DNA from: Paecilomyces variotii
Taxonomy: Eukaryota
Assembly: GCA_004022145.1 (NCBI GenBank)
Contig: RCNU01000007.1
Length of the DNA stretch: 64,000 nt
Direction: 5' to 3' (one strand)
Every line of letters begins with the position of its first letter. Positions within the stretch are counted from its first letter, which is position 1. The notes below the pieces were generated by a model. The model made no database searches. It saw only the letters and a list, made by a program, of their open reading frames with translations, and had not been told where the DNA came from. A program made the translations under genes and the position numbers. Of the stretch, positions 1-12,381 are shown piece after piece.

Positions 1-197
1 GTGCCTGCATAATTGCAAACTTGATACAGTCTTGTGCAGGTTGAGCAAGATGGTCGTTCCCCTGGACACCGCGTCTTCTTCCTCCTGTATGGATTAGTGG
101 ACATCCATGGCTGCAGATATATTTAATCTTCTCACCTGCAATTCTCACAGGCCTGGTGCATGCGTTTGGCTACGCGGGATCTATTTGATGATGACAT
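1..197 (-). CDS. Zn(II)2Cys6 fungal transcription factor, 5' end only (gene runs off the left edge)
   Basis: ATG at 197, exon 197-136, intron 135-85 (GTGAGA...CTAAT...CAG), exon 84-1. The spliced translation MSSSNRSRVAKRMHQACENCRRKKTRCPGERPSCSTCTRLYQVCNYAG has the six-Cys CX2CX6CX6CX2CX6C spacing. Not in the ORF track. Confidence 0.93.
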
Positions 198-715
198 GAT
201 GGCCGATCATGATCCTTCTCTAATCAACACTACCTTTATCGCGTTGTAGGTTGGCGGGCGGGGTTGGTACCTACTACCTTAGGATCGCCTGTCAATGCGG
301 TTCACGTAATCAACTTGAGGCGAGCCATAGCGAGTTGAATCAACGAATTATTGAGAAAATCAAGCTCGAAGCTGTACTGCTTGTACAGGACGTTTTTAGA
401 GGAGGCAATCTGACAGAGGAAGTGCATGAGGTTGGCGACCTTGGAACGGTGGACTTGCTGGGCCGCTCACTTACGATACGGCATCGTCGGCTCAGACACG
501 GTATTTACCGGAGAATTACTTACCAGTAGTCAACACTACAGCTGCATCTACACCTACCTAGGTATTCTGCATGCTGCTTGATCGATGGAATTTTGTACTC
601 TTCGCTATTATACCTACATCTCCAGGCTATGAGAAACCAGTTATAAATGTGATTAAAAGTCCTTGACGGTCGATATGTTACCAAGCACAACAGATTTTAT
701 TATTCGACTTCGTGG

Positions 716-2034
716 CTACCAGGCCAGCTGCGCAGCTTTCTCTGGCTCACAAGCAAGGCCGGAGCAAAACGCGATATCTTCATCAGTAGCTTGCAGTCCT
801 GCCAAGGGTTGACTAGCCGGCCAGATTTCCCGGTTCTCTGCTGCCTCCTTTTCCCGATGCTCTTTCACAACTTTTCGAACGACGCTCTGAAAATATAGAG
901 GACCCTTTTCTAATTCAGGATGAAGCTGCCCGTTAACGAAAACCCCTGCCTTTAAATTTCTCTGTGTGTTGTTGCACAAGATCTTATCTTCATTCAGCAC
1001 GCGCTTGAAGAATGAATCGACGTGCTCGAATTCTTCATCAGTAGCGTCCTTATGACGATACACTTCATACTCCATCGAAACAGTTGTCACTGACGTGGGA
1101 ACACATCGCATGAGATAGAAGAAATGCGGTCTGTAGAATTGTCAATGCACATAACACAAACATTATCTACCTCATCCACTTACGAAACAGTCATGCAGGA
1201 ATTTGGGAAATAATAGGTGCTGGCGACCTTGACGTCCTCGGACTCTTTAATACCAGCTTTCGGTCTGGAGAAGTGCTGGATATGCCCGCCTTTGGGTTCG
1301 ACATAATAGTACGAGAGATCCGCTATATTCGCAACATCTGGATGTGCAACTGTGCAATGGTAGCACTCATTGTAATTGTCGGCGAGGGTTTTCCAGTTAT
1401 AGTCGCCTTTCATCTCCCACGTGTGATCGAATCTGTACTGGCTGAAATCGAAATTCCGGAACCTCTCTTGTCTATCCACCCCAATAAAATCATCATTCCA
1501 TGCAACAGTCGGTGTTGATGATGCGTCTAGGTTCACCCAGACGAAACCGCAAGCATCGACATGAACATGGATTGGCAAAAGTCCGTGGTTCTCCCTTTGG
1601 AAGCCTGGGACGTCTTCAAATCGAGGAGCTTTCGCAAGCTTTCCATTTATCCCATATGACCAGCCGTGGTACTTGCAAGCAAAGATTCTAGCGTTCCCTT
1701 GGTCTTCAGTCACGACTGGATACGCCCGATGGCGACAGACGTTGTGGAAACCATTCAGGTTGCCATCGCGATCAAGACAGAGGACAAAAGAAAAGCCTGC
1801 TTCTTCAAATCGAAGGAAATCTCCCGGCTTGGTGAATCTCAATTTATGCGTGATGAACAACCATTTCTTGGAAAATATGGCGCGTCTCTCCAGCTCATAC
1901 ATCTGCGGAGAGCGGTACCAAGAGGCTGGCAGAGCTCTCAGTTGTGCGTCACTTGATTCTGGGGTTATAGGAGAGCTTTCCTCTCCTATATTGAGGCCTC
2001 CATAGCCAAAGAATGATTTTACCGTGGAGACCAT
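716..2034 (-). CDS. Rieske [2Fe-2S] non-heme iron oxygenase, choline/carnitine monooxygenase-like (421 aa)
   Basis: Exons 2034-1184 and 1130-716 are joined by a 53-nt GTAAGT..CTACAG intron that restores the frame. Rieske motif CRHR..CKYHGW, mononuclear Fe motif NYNECYHCTVAH, and a later EDKILC Asp ligand. Confidence 0.93.
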
Positions 2035-2219
2035 GATATAAAGATGAGAATAAACGTGATTAGAGGTTAGCTGGAGAGAGAATTTGTTCAGGAAGAGAGG
2101 ACTAAGGCCACTATAGATAAAAACGATGAGATTGAAATACCCGGGTGACTATAGCCGTAGCTACCACATCATTACAATGCATTGTCCCATCCATTACTGC
2201 TGATATAGATGCCGTATCA

Positions 2220-2500
2220 TCTCACCGGCCCCACCCGGACGCAACTCGGACAACCCCGTTCCCGGAACACATGAAGCTACTAGTTAAGTATGTAGTACCT
2301 GCCACGGAGGAGACGGACCGCATATCCAAGGTCTCATCACAAGCTGTCAAACAAGATAGTCAATATAGACTTCACGAATAAGAATACATTGATATGCCTG
2401 TGTGTGTCTTGCGTTGTTTCCGCGTCATGGGTCAACGGGCGTATCTGGATCTATCTCCGGTCATGTGAGCGGAGGAGCGCCGGTGCCTGTACAACTCGGC
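2220..2500. promoter_or_regulatory. CGG/CCG-rich patches in the divergent Rieske/monooxygenase promoter; candidate Zn2Cys6 binding sites
   Basis: ccggccccacccggacgcaactcggacaaccccgttcccgg (2225-2265) and ccggtcatgtgagcggaggagcgccgg (about 2457-2483) lie in the 672-bp shared promoter. Confidence 0.35.
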
Positions 2501-2706
2501 CATGCAGGTGGATAGATTAGTGTATGAAGTTGATAGTCATGTCTGGGAGAGATAATCTGTGGTGCCGCTTTTGGGATTGACAACGATAACCCAGTGTAAT
2601 CACGTATTTCCCCTCCCTCTTTGATTACTCCCTCGCTTTCTCACAGATACTACACATTCGTCTCACCAAAGAGAGAACGAGGATTATTCGGCGATATCTT
2701 CCAAAT

Positions 2707-4780
2707 ATGGCAGGGGAGTATACATCTGAACGCTGTGGTCAATCCCAAAAACCGTTGAGATGTATCATTATAGGAGCAGGGTCAGTAGAATATCAACCCC
2801 CGACTGTAGCGATGATGAACTAACATCACATAACATATACTTCAGAGTATCAGGAATTTTGATGGGTATAATAGACTCTGTTTTTAGTCACAAAATGGAT
2901 ACTGATATCAACTCTAGCCTACAAGCTCCGAGAAGCTTTCAGTGACCGAGTTGACATACATATTTTCGAAAAGAACGACGACGTAGGGGGCACATGGCTA
3001 GAAAACCGGTATCCAGGTCAGACTGAGACCTAGTGATCTTTTCTGCCCTTTGACTGATGTCTTGAAGGGTGTGCATGTGACGTCCCCAGCCATATTTACC
3101 AATATACCTTCTGTCCAAACCCATATTGGTCAAAAGTGTAAGTCGCTGTCCAGATATGGCTACAGATTCACTGACAAGATCAGTTATGTCTCTTCGTCAG
3201 AGATACAAACATACCTGAAAGCTGTTGTTTCACATTACGGCATTGATGCTTATATCCAATTCAACAGCAAAGTGGAACGTGCGGTATGGGAGGAGCATCG
3301 TTCTCAGTGGTCAGTCTCCGTTGAGGGGAAAGGGGTATTCGAATGCGATGTCCTCGTGAACGCAGGAGGCATTCTCAATAACCCCAAATTTCCCAGTCTC
3401 AACAACCTGAATAGCTTCAAGGGTAAATTAGCTCATACAGCCGCATGGGATGATGCTATTGATGCCAAGGACAAAATAGTGGCTATTGTGGGCGCTGGCG
3501 CAAGCGCTATACAAACGCTTCCGGAAATACAGTCAATTGCTTCGCACGTTGACATATACATTCGCACGCCATCTTGGATTACAGGACCATTTGGTAGTAA
3601 GCTCCAGGGTGAACAGAATCATACTTACACCGAGGCAGAAAAAGAACGATTCCGAGATGATCTGGAGTACTACCTGCGCGTCCGGAAGGATATGGAGGCA
3701 TCCTTCACCGGCATGCATCGTAATTTCTTCAAAGGCAGCAACGAACAGAGACAATGGAGAACAAAGCTCGAGACACACATGCGCGAGTTGATCCATTCTG
3801 AGCACTTGCAGCAGAATCTTATCCCTTCTTTTGAAGCTGGCTGTCGACGCACAAGTCCTGGCGAGCGCTACCTTGCAGCGCTGCAGAAAGATAACGTTGA
3901 GCCCGTATTTACACCCATCCAAGAAATTACACCAAGCGGTATACGCGACTGCAATGGAGTTGAGAGGGCTGTCGACATCATTGTTGCTGCAACTGGATTC
4001 GACACATCTTTTCGCCCACGCTTCCCAATTATCGGCCGAAATGGTATTGACTTACGCGAGTTGTGGAAGGATGACCCAACTTCATACTGCGGACTGGCTG
4101 TCAGCGGATTTCCAAACTACCTCATCTTCTTGGGTCCCAACACGCCAATCGCTAATGGGAGTCTTATGGGCTCATTGGAAGCAACAGCAGACTATTTTAT
4201 CCGCGTGCTTCGCAAAACGATCACTCAACATGTGGCGTCCTTCGATATCCGCGCTGATGTCCAGTCTGATTTCAATGCCCATACGCAAGATTTCATGCGC
4301 CACATGGTGTGGACGGGGTCTTGTCGGTCATGGTACAAGACCGCAGAGGGAAAAATAACTGCTGTCTGGCCAGGGAGTGGTCTGCATTATCGAGAGTTCC
4401 TTCAGAGCGACCGCTGGGAAGATTGGAATTGGCAGTACACGAAGAATCGATTTGAGTACTGGGGTCTAGGACTTGCAAGTATAGAGACCTCTGGTGACAA
4501 AGATAAGGATCTCAGTTACTACATTCAGTCACATCCGAACCTACCAAAGGAGGCTTTGGAAAGAGTTGCTCGTGGCAGCTACATTTGCAGTGATAGTGAG
4601 ACAGATGATAGCTTGGGGGAACAGATGCTGAAAGGAATCGTGTCCTCCCCAGATGCAGGAGCAGCATCAAGTCAGGCGTCAGACATATCGTGGGAAGAAG
4701 ACGGTGCTAAGGAAACGGCTCCCAGAAAAATCTTCGCTGCCACACAGCTGGTGTCGGAAAAAGATGCTATACATCTATAG
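2707..4780 (+). CDS. FAD/NADPH-dependent flavin monooxygenase (type I Baeyer-Villiger-like)
   Basis: ATG 2707, introns 2781-2845, 2866-2917, 3017-3067, 3138-3183. The spliced N-terminus reads [37 protein letters not shown]. BVMO fingerprint FKGKLAHTAAWD, second Rossmann motif VGAGASA, and ATGFD. Confidence 0.92.
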
Positions 4781-5008
4781 CCTTGATAGAGAAATATTAG
4801 TTTGATTGGAGCTCAGAGACAAACGTGAGCTGCAGCCCGCTTCCGCAAGCTGCCCCATCTCAGGCCCTTTCACATCGTACTGTACTGAAGACAAGGTCTG
4901 TAGGGCATTCGATCGCATGAGTAGCGCTTTGAATACAGATAGAGGGAGTTTTGCAACGCAGTTTTGGCATCGGCATATCCCCTATACGGGTAAGGTTTGC
5001 GCCTTGGC

Positions 5009-6199
5009 ATGAAGATACGCCAACCTCTTGCAGATAGTTCGCCGAACTCCACTAACGCCAAAGCCTTCACGTCGCTGACGCGTTACGCGGTGCAGGAGAA
5101 TGTGATCACGTACTGTACATTCTTCGGTAGGAGATCGCGACCGATTATTATTATAGAATTGCTGCTCGTCATCAGAAAGATCGCAGGAGGGTAGAAATGA
5201 GCCGGCCAATAACCATATTGAAGTCTGACACACCAAATTCCTACGCCAACCGTCGGTATCACGAACTAACATATTCCGTCTAGCAGTCCTTTACCTACGT
5301 TTCGCGATAGCTCTGGCCTGCTGCAACTAGGACCTTCAAATCGAAGGCAACGTGTTTATTTCTCGGAGGAAGAAGAGGTGCAAATCATTCGTTGGTTACT
5401 GAGTCGACGCCACGAGTATGCCGAGAAAAGAGTTCCGCGCGCAGAATTTTGGGAAAGATGTGGCAACTGGATGCAGCAACAGTTCGGAAGAGCTTATGCT
5501 CGTGTCGATCGGTCAATTGGGCAAATAGAGAAGAGGAGAAGACGTGAGATCGATGCTGCAATCCAAGCTTCAGGTGTTGCTGCGTCAGACACACATTGGA
5601 AGCAAGCGGTGGATAGTTGGATCGAATTTATCGACAAACTAAAGCAAACCGAACGCAAGGAGAGAGAGGAGCGGTTTGCTGCTAGACAAAATAATATCCA
5701 TCGGGGTCCACGGGGAGGCAGGAGGGGGAGGAAGAGGCGACGAACTGAAGAATTGGACTCGCAGTCTCCTACACCAGAATCCTCACCGTCACCTGAACCG
5801 CCTAGTAGTAGGAGCTCCTCGAGATCTTTTAGACAAGCTCAGACTGCAATCACGGCGCAGAATCTCCCTCTTATCCTGTCATCATTTTCATCCAGCTTCG
5901 TGAAAAGTATGGAACCAATGGTTCGGCACATGCAGGAGGCTCGGAGCCAGGATATCCAGGAGCTCAAACAGGAGTTTAAGAATCAAAACGAGGTTCTAGG
6001 AAGACGGTTGGAACAGCTATTTTCCGCGCGTTTTGATCGCCTAGAGGGTCGGCTAGAGGGTCAGCTTGCAGAGTTTCAAAATACGATGAAGGGTCAGCTT
6101 GCAGAGTATCAAAATACGATGCAGCGTCGGGTGGAAGAGATTCAGGATACGCTGCAGAGTATAATGGAGATTTTAAAGAATAGGCAGAAGAATATTTGA
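5009..6199 (+). CDS. hypothetical protein with Myb/SANT-like N-terminal helix region, basic NLS-like patch and C-terminal coiled coil
   Basis: Open frame 5284-6199 (YFSEEEEVQIIRWLL..FWERC; GRRGRKRRR; heptads). A probable intron 5191-5283 (GTAGAA..ACTAAC..TAG) links in frame to ATG 5009. The 5' structure is uncertain. Confidence 0.55.
6058..6123 (+). repeat. 33-nt in-frame tandem duplication (GQLAEFQNTMK / GQLAEYQNTMQ)
   Basis: gggtcagcttgcagagtttcaaaatacgatgaa / gggtcagcttgcagagtatcaaaatacgatgca, 2 mismatches. A 12-nt ctagagggtc(g/a)g repeat overlaps its start. Confidence 0.9.
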
Positions 6200-6922
6200 T
6201 TTGGTAGCAAGAACGGCCTCATTCAGCTCCTGTACCTTGAGTATACTGCAGTAATTGCCTCTTACCTGATTTAGCCAGCGTTGGGGAAGCGGGACAGAGA
6301 TAGCCGCTATCATTGAGCAATCTCGCCAAGGAGTCAAGGACTCTATAGAATCATAGATCATCATTTCTCTGCCCGAGATAGGCAACCGTAATCTCTCCAC
6401 AGCTACACTCAGCGAATCGACATTGAATTCCACTGCATCGCGGCAAGCCGGAACCGCGCCTGAATCCGCCTCCACGCGGGGAATTTGCGCCTCGGGTCTG
6501 GGGCACGGGTCAACTAAGGATACTTAAGCGTGCTGCGGTGGTAATTTATGAGACTAGTTCATGACTACTATTTCCAGGAACGGTATTTTTGACACGGATC
6601 TTGGACACTTTCCGCCATGAAATTTTGAGTGGTCAACTGCTCAGACCGGCTATCTGTTTATGGATACATGCCCGAGAAATGATTCAATCCAGGGGAATGA
6701 GAAGGAGGTACGGTCCCAACATAGCAGCACGCCACTGGTACTCACAAGTGGCCGCCCTCTTTCTTTGCAGAGATGTACTTTGTCCGTGGTATGTTTCAGC
6801 TTACATGGTCCTCCGATTTCCAAGCTTGTAGTCAAAGCGTGGATGGACTGTGGAGGATGTGCGTCGGCAGTAATTGCTATGGAATACATAGTACTAAAAA
6901 CCTGTGGAGATGATTGTCCCTC

Positions 6923-7798
6923 TCAAGCGGAGGCGGCGCCTCCTAATGTGATCTCTAACTTTTTCAAGTAGAACCTCTGGGGATAAGAGCGAATGGACTT
7001 TGGGAACGTAGGATAGACGGCAACAGCGAAGCCCAGAGTTACTCTGTACAAGGCTCTGCGAGCCTTCGATGATTTAAGTCCATATCCTTTCCGGACATTT
7101 GGTGGAAGCATTTCGCTCGTTAGAACCCGCAGAAATGGTTTCATAAATCGTATCCAACCGGGTAACCTTTTGAAGTTGAGGACTAGATCCTTCTCTAGTC
7201 CTCTGAAGGGGCAATCACGTATGTTCACAATAGTATCATCCCAGTACGTCCAGAACTTCTGACGATCCTTTGGCCACAGCTCTGGAGGAATGTTGAGTGC
7301 GCTGACTAGCAGAGTATATTCTTCATAGACTCGCTCCGCGGTGCGGTAGTCGACTCTTCCGTATATCCTCTGGTATATATCCGTAGCAGTTGCATAGAGG
7401 GTAGCGGTAACCCAGAGACGGAATATAGGATCGCTGCCATTCAGAAGATGTCCGCCGCGATTAAGCATGTCTAAGAGGGACTTTCTCTGTGCCTTGCTGC
7501 CAAATGTCAAGCAGAAGATGTAGCTTGTCGTCGTCTGAATATTTTCCAGGAGATGGACTGCCAAATCCTCGCTCGCTTGTGGCTCCTTGATGACGCCTGG
7601 TATGGCTGCTTGTAGCAGGATCGCGACCCCTCCACCCATGAAAAGAATACCTTCTTGCAGTATGTCCGGGAGCTCCTTCATCTTGCTGAGAGCCTCCAGC
7701 AAATCCGAATGAGAAGACACAGAAGGATTGCTGTTGATATCCACATCAGGCTTTTCCATCTTCTCTTTTGTCGTCGTTTCTTCCATTTTACTCGCCAT
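6923..7798 (-). CDS. DUF2236 / MpaB-Lcp (ER-bound oxygenase-like) family protein, divergent
   Basis: Intronless 291-aa ORF with EGILFMGGGVAILLQAAIPGV, LWVTATLY, PPELWPKDRQKFWTYWD and LPPNVRKGYGL, all typical of fungal DUF2236 proteins. Confidence 0.78.
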   Translation of the reverse strand: MASKMEETTTKEKMEKPDVDINSNPSVSSHSDLLEALSKMKELPDILQEGILFMGGGVAILLQAAIPGVIKEPQASEDLAVHLLENIQTTTSYIFCLTFGSKAQRKSLLDMLNRGGHLLNGSDPIFRLWVTATLYATATDIYQRIYGRVDYRTAERVYEEYTLLVSALNIPPELWPKDRQKFWTYWDDTIVNIRDCPFRGLEKDLVLNFKRLPGWIRFMKPFLRVLTSEMLPPNVRKGYGLKSSKARRALYRVTLGFAVAVYPTFPKSIRSYPQRFYLKKLEITLGGAASA

Positions 7799-8684
7799 CT
7801 TGTCACTGCCTTTCCGCTGTAAGAAGCTGGATTCGAGTTCTCGTGTGGTGCTCAGTGATCGAAGTTGCAGATGGGACAGAAGTAAATGCAGAACAAGAAG
7901 CAGGAGAATCAGGTCAGCAACGAGCTAATGGTGCTCAGTCGCTCGCAAATGCGATTTGATGCCAAGCTGAAGTATTTAGGCCGATCTTAACTGAACGCTC
8001 ATAACAAGCAATCGAGTGTTAGTATGAAAGAAAATAGCCCGACCGTGTGAACATTGTCCAGGAAAGGACGATCCCTCCGCCTTCTTCGCAGATACAGCAT
8101 TGGTTCCTGGCCCATAGCTTTGTCCTTTCCCTTGCAATCCAACATGGATAACCTGTTCTCCAGCGCGGCTGGATGACCCGAAGATCTACTCCGTACTCCA
8201 TAGAGGTGGAGAACTTCAGCGACGTTGGGAACAAACAAATAGGATTCCTTTTCTAATCAAGCAGGAGTTCGATTGCTGCTATTGCCTAGTCCAAGCTCCG
8301 GTCGAGTACCGGCGCCGTTAGGGCGGCCAAGTGTGTGCTGATCTTCGTTTCCGCTTCTTGTGTGACAATGTCTGCAAAATTACAGAGTACAACCTTACTT
8401 ATCCCAACCTGCCCAAAGTAAGACGATCACTGGCAGATTTTGTGAAGGCGGAAGGCGCCCCGCGAGATTAGTCTCAGAGTTTACTGCAGATACTGATGGG
8501 GGCGTAACGATTTTAAAAGAGCGGGCGCTCGTCCCCAGATCTTGTGCATGTTTACTATACTTAACTACCCCAGAAAAGTCTGTCCCCAGGGTCATCCTGA
8601 CAACGATCGCGCCAAAGTCCATGCTGGTCATGATTCTGTAGCGCCTTTGTCTCCTGAACACCAGGTCCTTGGACGTTTGTCATC

Positions 8685-10175
8685 ATGAGCTCCCACGAAA
8701 AGGACGACAGCAAGGCATATATGAAAGACAAAGAGTCCAAATATGTCATTGGCGCAAACCGGGGCCCGTTAGCAGCTACTCTCGGGGATAAAGGTATGAA
8801 GGGCCACAGAAAAGATCTTATTCTGCTCCCCATCGCACTGACGCCGTCACAGAAAGCGAGGTTGCGGGGGCCGCATACGTAGAAGGTGCTGATGGCACGT
8901 CTACTCATGCCAAAGGGAAAAAGATCAAGCGCCATTTCCGCCGCTTCTGGTTTTGCTATGTCCTGCTTGCAATAATACTGGCTGCAATACTTCTGCCTAT
9001 CCTGTGAGTGTCGCCCCTGTCCATGACCATTCTTTTGCAATCCTGACATTGGAATAAGATTTGTTTTTATTGTCCCCGCCATTGCACAAGATGTACTTGA
9101 TAAATCGAAGCTCGTGATCACAGAAGCGCATATCATGCAACCTCGACCAGACTCTGTGGTACTGACCATGTTGTCTGCTCTGAACCTTGCTGGGTTCTCA
9201 GTCTACATGGATGCCATGACTCTCGGTCTCTTTGTTCCACAAGTTGGCCCTAGCCCATTCGTCAACCTTTACCTACCGGCCACGAAGGTGCATGGGAATA
9301 CCACACTTGGCGTTTCTAATCAATTCACGCCGATCATAAACCATACAGGCTGGCAGGCGTTCGTGGATAATGCTGTGAACCTTGATGTAGGCGTGGTGGG
9401 GATGGAAGGCAAATCAACAGTGCACATGGGGAAGCTACATGCTAACTTGAATATGTACAAAGAGGTCCCATCAAATGGTAGGAACAGATATTGCCACAAG
9501 GTTCCCGCGAGCACCATTCTGACTATCGCACCTAGCTCTCAATCAGTTCAAAGGATTTGCAATCGAAGACTCCAGATTGCTTCTGCCACCCGAGGCCGAC
9601 GGTACGAACCTTCTCGCCAATGCTTCATTGCCCAACCCGTCAGTAATGACGCTGGAGATTGTAAGTACTCGTGTTCTCGCTATCCATGGAGCGACTGTAA
9701 GGCTTACAATGCCCAGGGAAATACAACCTTAAACTTGCTGAGCGGAGATCTGGTGATCGGAAACGCTACGATAAACGACCTTGTTATCCGGCCCGGCAAT
9801 AACAGTGCACCTGTTCGTGGCTTTTTAGATCTGCACAAGATTATACAGAATCTATCTAGTATCCTACAGACTCAGCGGAGTGCGATTCAGAATGGCTATA
9901 TCGAACTCACTTCTATCGGGACAGGCGTCACTTACGAGGGCGTTACCGTTCCCTATTACGAGAAGGTGCTGAAAAATCTCACTCTTAAGGCACAGGTGCC
10001 TATCGCGGGATTAATTATCAACACAATCCACGGGATAAACCAGAGGAATGGATCCCATCTCCTGTCATCATTAAACTTGACGGATAGCTTGGGTGACGGT
10101 AGCGCTGATTCGCTCAAATCACTCAATCACACGAAGCTGGTGGACAAACTAATAGAAAATTATGGGAAGCTGTGA
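8685..10175 (+). CDS. DUF3712 family single-pass membrane protein
   Basis: ATG 8685 with introns at about 8794-8852, 9004-9058, 9478-9534 and 9661-9716. The spliced product has KRHFRRFWFCY, a TM (VLLAIILAAILLPILFVFIVPAIAQ), then LPNPSVMTLEIGNTTLNL..IGNATINDLVIRPGNN. Confidence 0.8.
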
Positions 10176-10458
10176 TGGAGGTTGGGAGCTTTTACGTGAT
10201 TCACGACTGGTTTATGACCGTACGTACATGCTTTATGTGAGTACATAGACTATTTTAAGGGGCTGAGGTGGTTCAGTGCCTGTAATCTCTAATATACGCC
10301 GATAGCACAAATCATGAGACATATTTTGTTTAAGCTGACCTCACTAATTCTTTGCTGGTATGCTGCATGGTTCATCCTGCGGCGGATTCAAACAGTATGC
10401 CGTAGCTATATCTTGAGTCGTGTCGAGCGTCTTCATTTATACATAGACCCCTCTACCG

Positions 10459-11059
10459 TCAAGTCATATAAAGTGCAATGGCGCTCGAGTAGGCAGAGTC
10501 AACATCTGAAGTAACAGAAGCGATGTTGCTAGCATTTGTCGCAGTCACTTTCTGTTCCAACGCGCGAGCAAGTTGATCCGTGAGGGTACGCAGTGACTCC
10601 AACCGGGCGAATGCCACGCCACCTTGATTGGCAGATACGAGTTTGGAATGCTATATACATTAGCACTTATGTCCTAGCAGATAATAATAAGATAGGATGC
10701 AGAATACCTACCTTTGCGCTTATATCGTTCAAGGATCTAAGAATCATAGGTTCGAGTGCAACAGATGCTTCTGTGACAGTGACGCTATCAGTCGGGTCGA
10801 ACGTAGCAGACTTGTTTGTGTCGAGTATGGTCTTGTTCAGGTCTCTCATGACAGTCCATGTGCTGTCTGAGAGAGGAATGGTATCGGAGCGACTACCATC
10901 GAAGTTCAGTATATTTGAGTCTAGAAGTGCGAGGTTCTTGCTGATAGTATCCAGATCGGAGAGGACTGTGGCAGCTTCGCGCTTGAAAAGAGGTGCGCTG
11001 AAAGAAACCCCAATCATGAGACTAGCCACTATGGCTTGGAATAGTTGGCATGCCACCAT
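10459..11059 (-). CDS. secreted HsbA / Mp1p-like hydrophobic surface-binding protein (179 aa)
   Basis: Signal peptide, KR processing site, EAATVLSDLDTIS. Intron 10711-10651. Exon 2 (HSKLVSANQGG..DVDSAYSSAIALYMT*) completes an HsbA-like helical domain. Confidence 0.8.
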
Positions 11060-12381
11060 TTTGTTTGGTATGATACCATGAAAATGGAATGGATGGAATT
11101 TTTCAAGTCTGCGTGATGGAGGAGGAAAAGAAACACCACGTTATTGATAACCCAACTTCTCTCTTCGAGGGGCTCAATGTTAAAATACCTAGCCATGGAC
11201 AACCCAATGCCCGCTAGGGAAAAAGAAAGATTTAGTTACTACATACGTACGTTTGATGAGTAACAACAGACAATGATGACCACTTCTACAGTGCCTCCGT
11301 CGCACAAATAGTTGGATCACTGTCATCACTTCGTTTCCATTTTCAGGGTCCTACGCCGTCGAAGACCATCCCAGATGGACAATCTATTCCCTATCGAGAA
11401 ACTCACTCATCATGATTATTTCCCTTTGTCACCAAAGTATATCAATTGACCTTTTGATTGGGCGGACCTGATCCAAAGGGAAGATCGCCCTGCATATACG
11501 TTCAAATGAGAGTGATGGTAGTTCCAGGATTATGAGTATATGCATTTTTATTGCTGGCATTATAGCTTACTGATAGCTCGATGAGAACCTCCAGGTCAGG
11601 GAGGCGGGACTTTCAGATACTTCTTTTGTCAGCATGCGGAAGTTGTTCACTGACTATTTCAGGGATCTCCAATAATGAAAATCAGTCAGCGGGGTAGACG
11701 GATTTTCCAGGAGCCTGTGCCGCGGGGACAAACCCGGTCCACGGAGGCGTAAGGAGACAAAGTCGAAGTTCGGGGATGTATAGAAGGGAGTTATAAGGAA
11801 TAAGATGCCTTGAGGAGATTTATCTCCATAGCTGGATTCCATTGAACAAAAGTAGTAAACTAAAAGGTGAAGGGATTGATGAAAGGCCTTGTCACGTCGG
11901 CCTGATGTTGCCAGGTTGCAGATCCAGGAGGACAATGGTGAGATGGATAGGGTAGGTACACCTTCGCAATGTGTGACAAAGGTAGCAAGAAGTTGAATAC
12001 TGGATCTCCGTACTCATACTACATAGTGATTTGATGAGGTCTCGGATACAGAAATGCCACGTGTATAAACAGACCAATAATATAGTTAGGCGCATGCTAT
12101 TTTGTGATTGAGAACAGTGAGATCCAGCAACACGCGATCTAAAAATGATAACCATTGACAATAATGCCTTTCTATGCCGCAGTTGTATTGAGTCAGTCAT
12201 AAGCTTACCATCTTGTTCAGGTGTTGCGTCGCTTGATAGACTAAGCTGTGGGGACGTAGTTCAAACCCCTCGCGGAGTCGCAGAAGCGCCGCCCGTACAA
12301 TTTCCCCTGGCTGTAGTCTCGAACCTCGTCACCAACGCAAAAAGGCACACCACTCCCTGTCGCATCTCTTCGGCATACATT

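Noticed and set aside
5076-5090. Tandem ACGCGT/ACGCG (MCB-like) elements
   Set aside because: They probably fall inside the first coding exon of the 5009-6199 gene model, so a promoter role is unsupported.
6173-6889. Minus-strand ORFs 6173-6475 and 6650-6889 as a spliced gene
   Set aside because: I found no convincing splice signals joining them and no recognisable domain.
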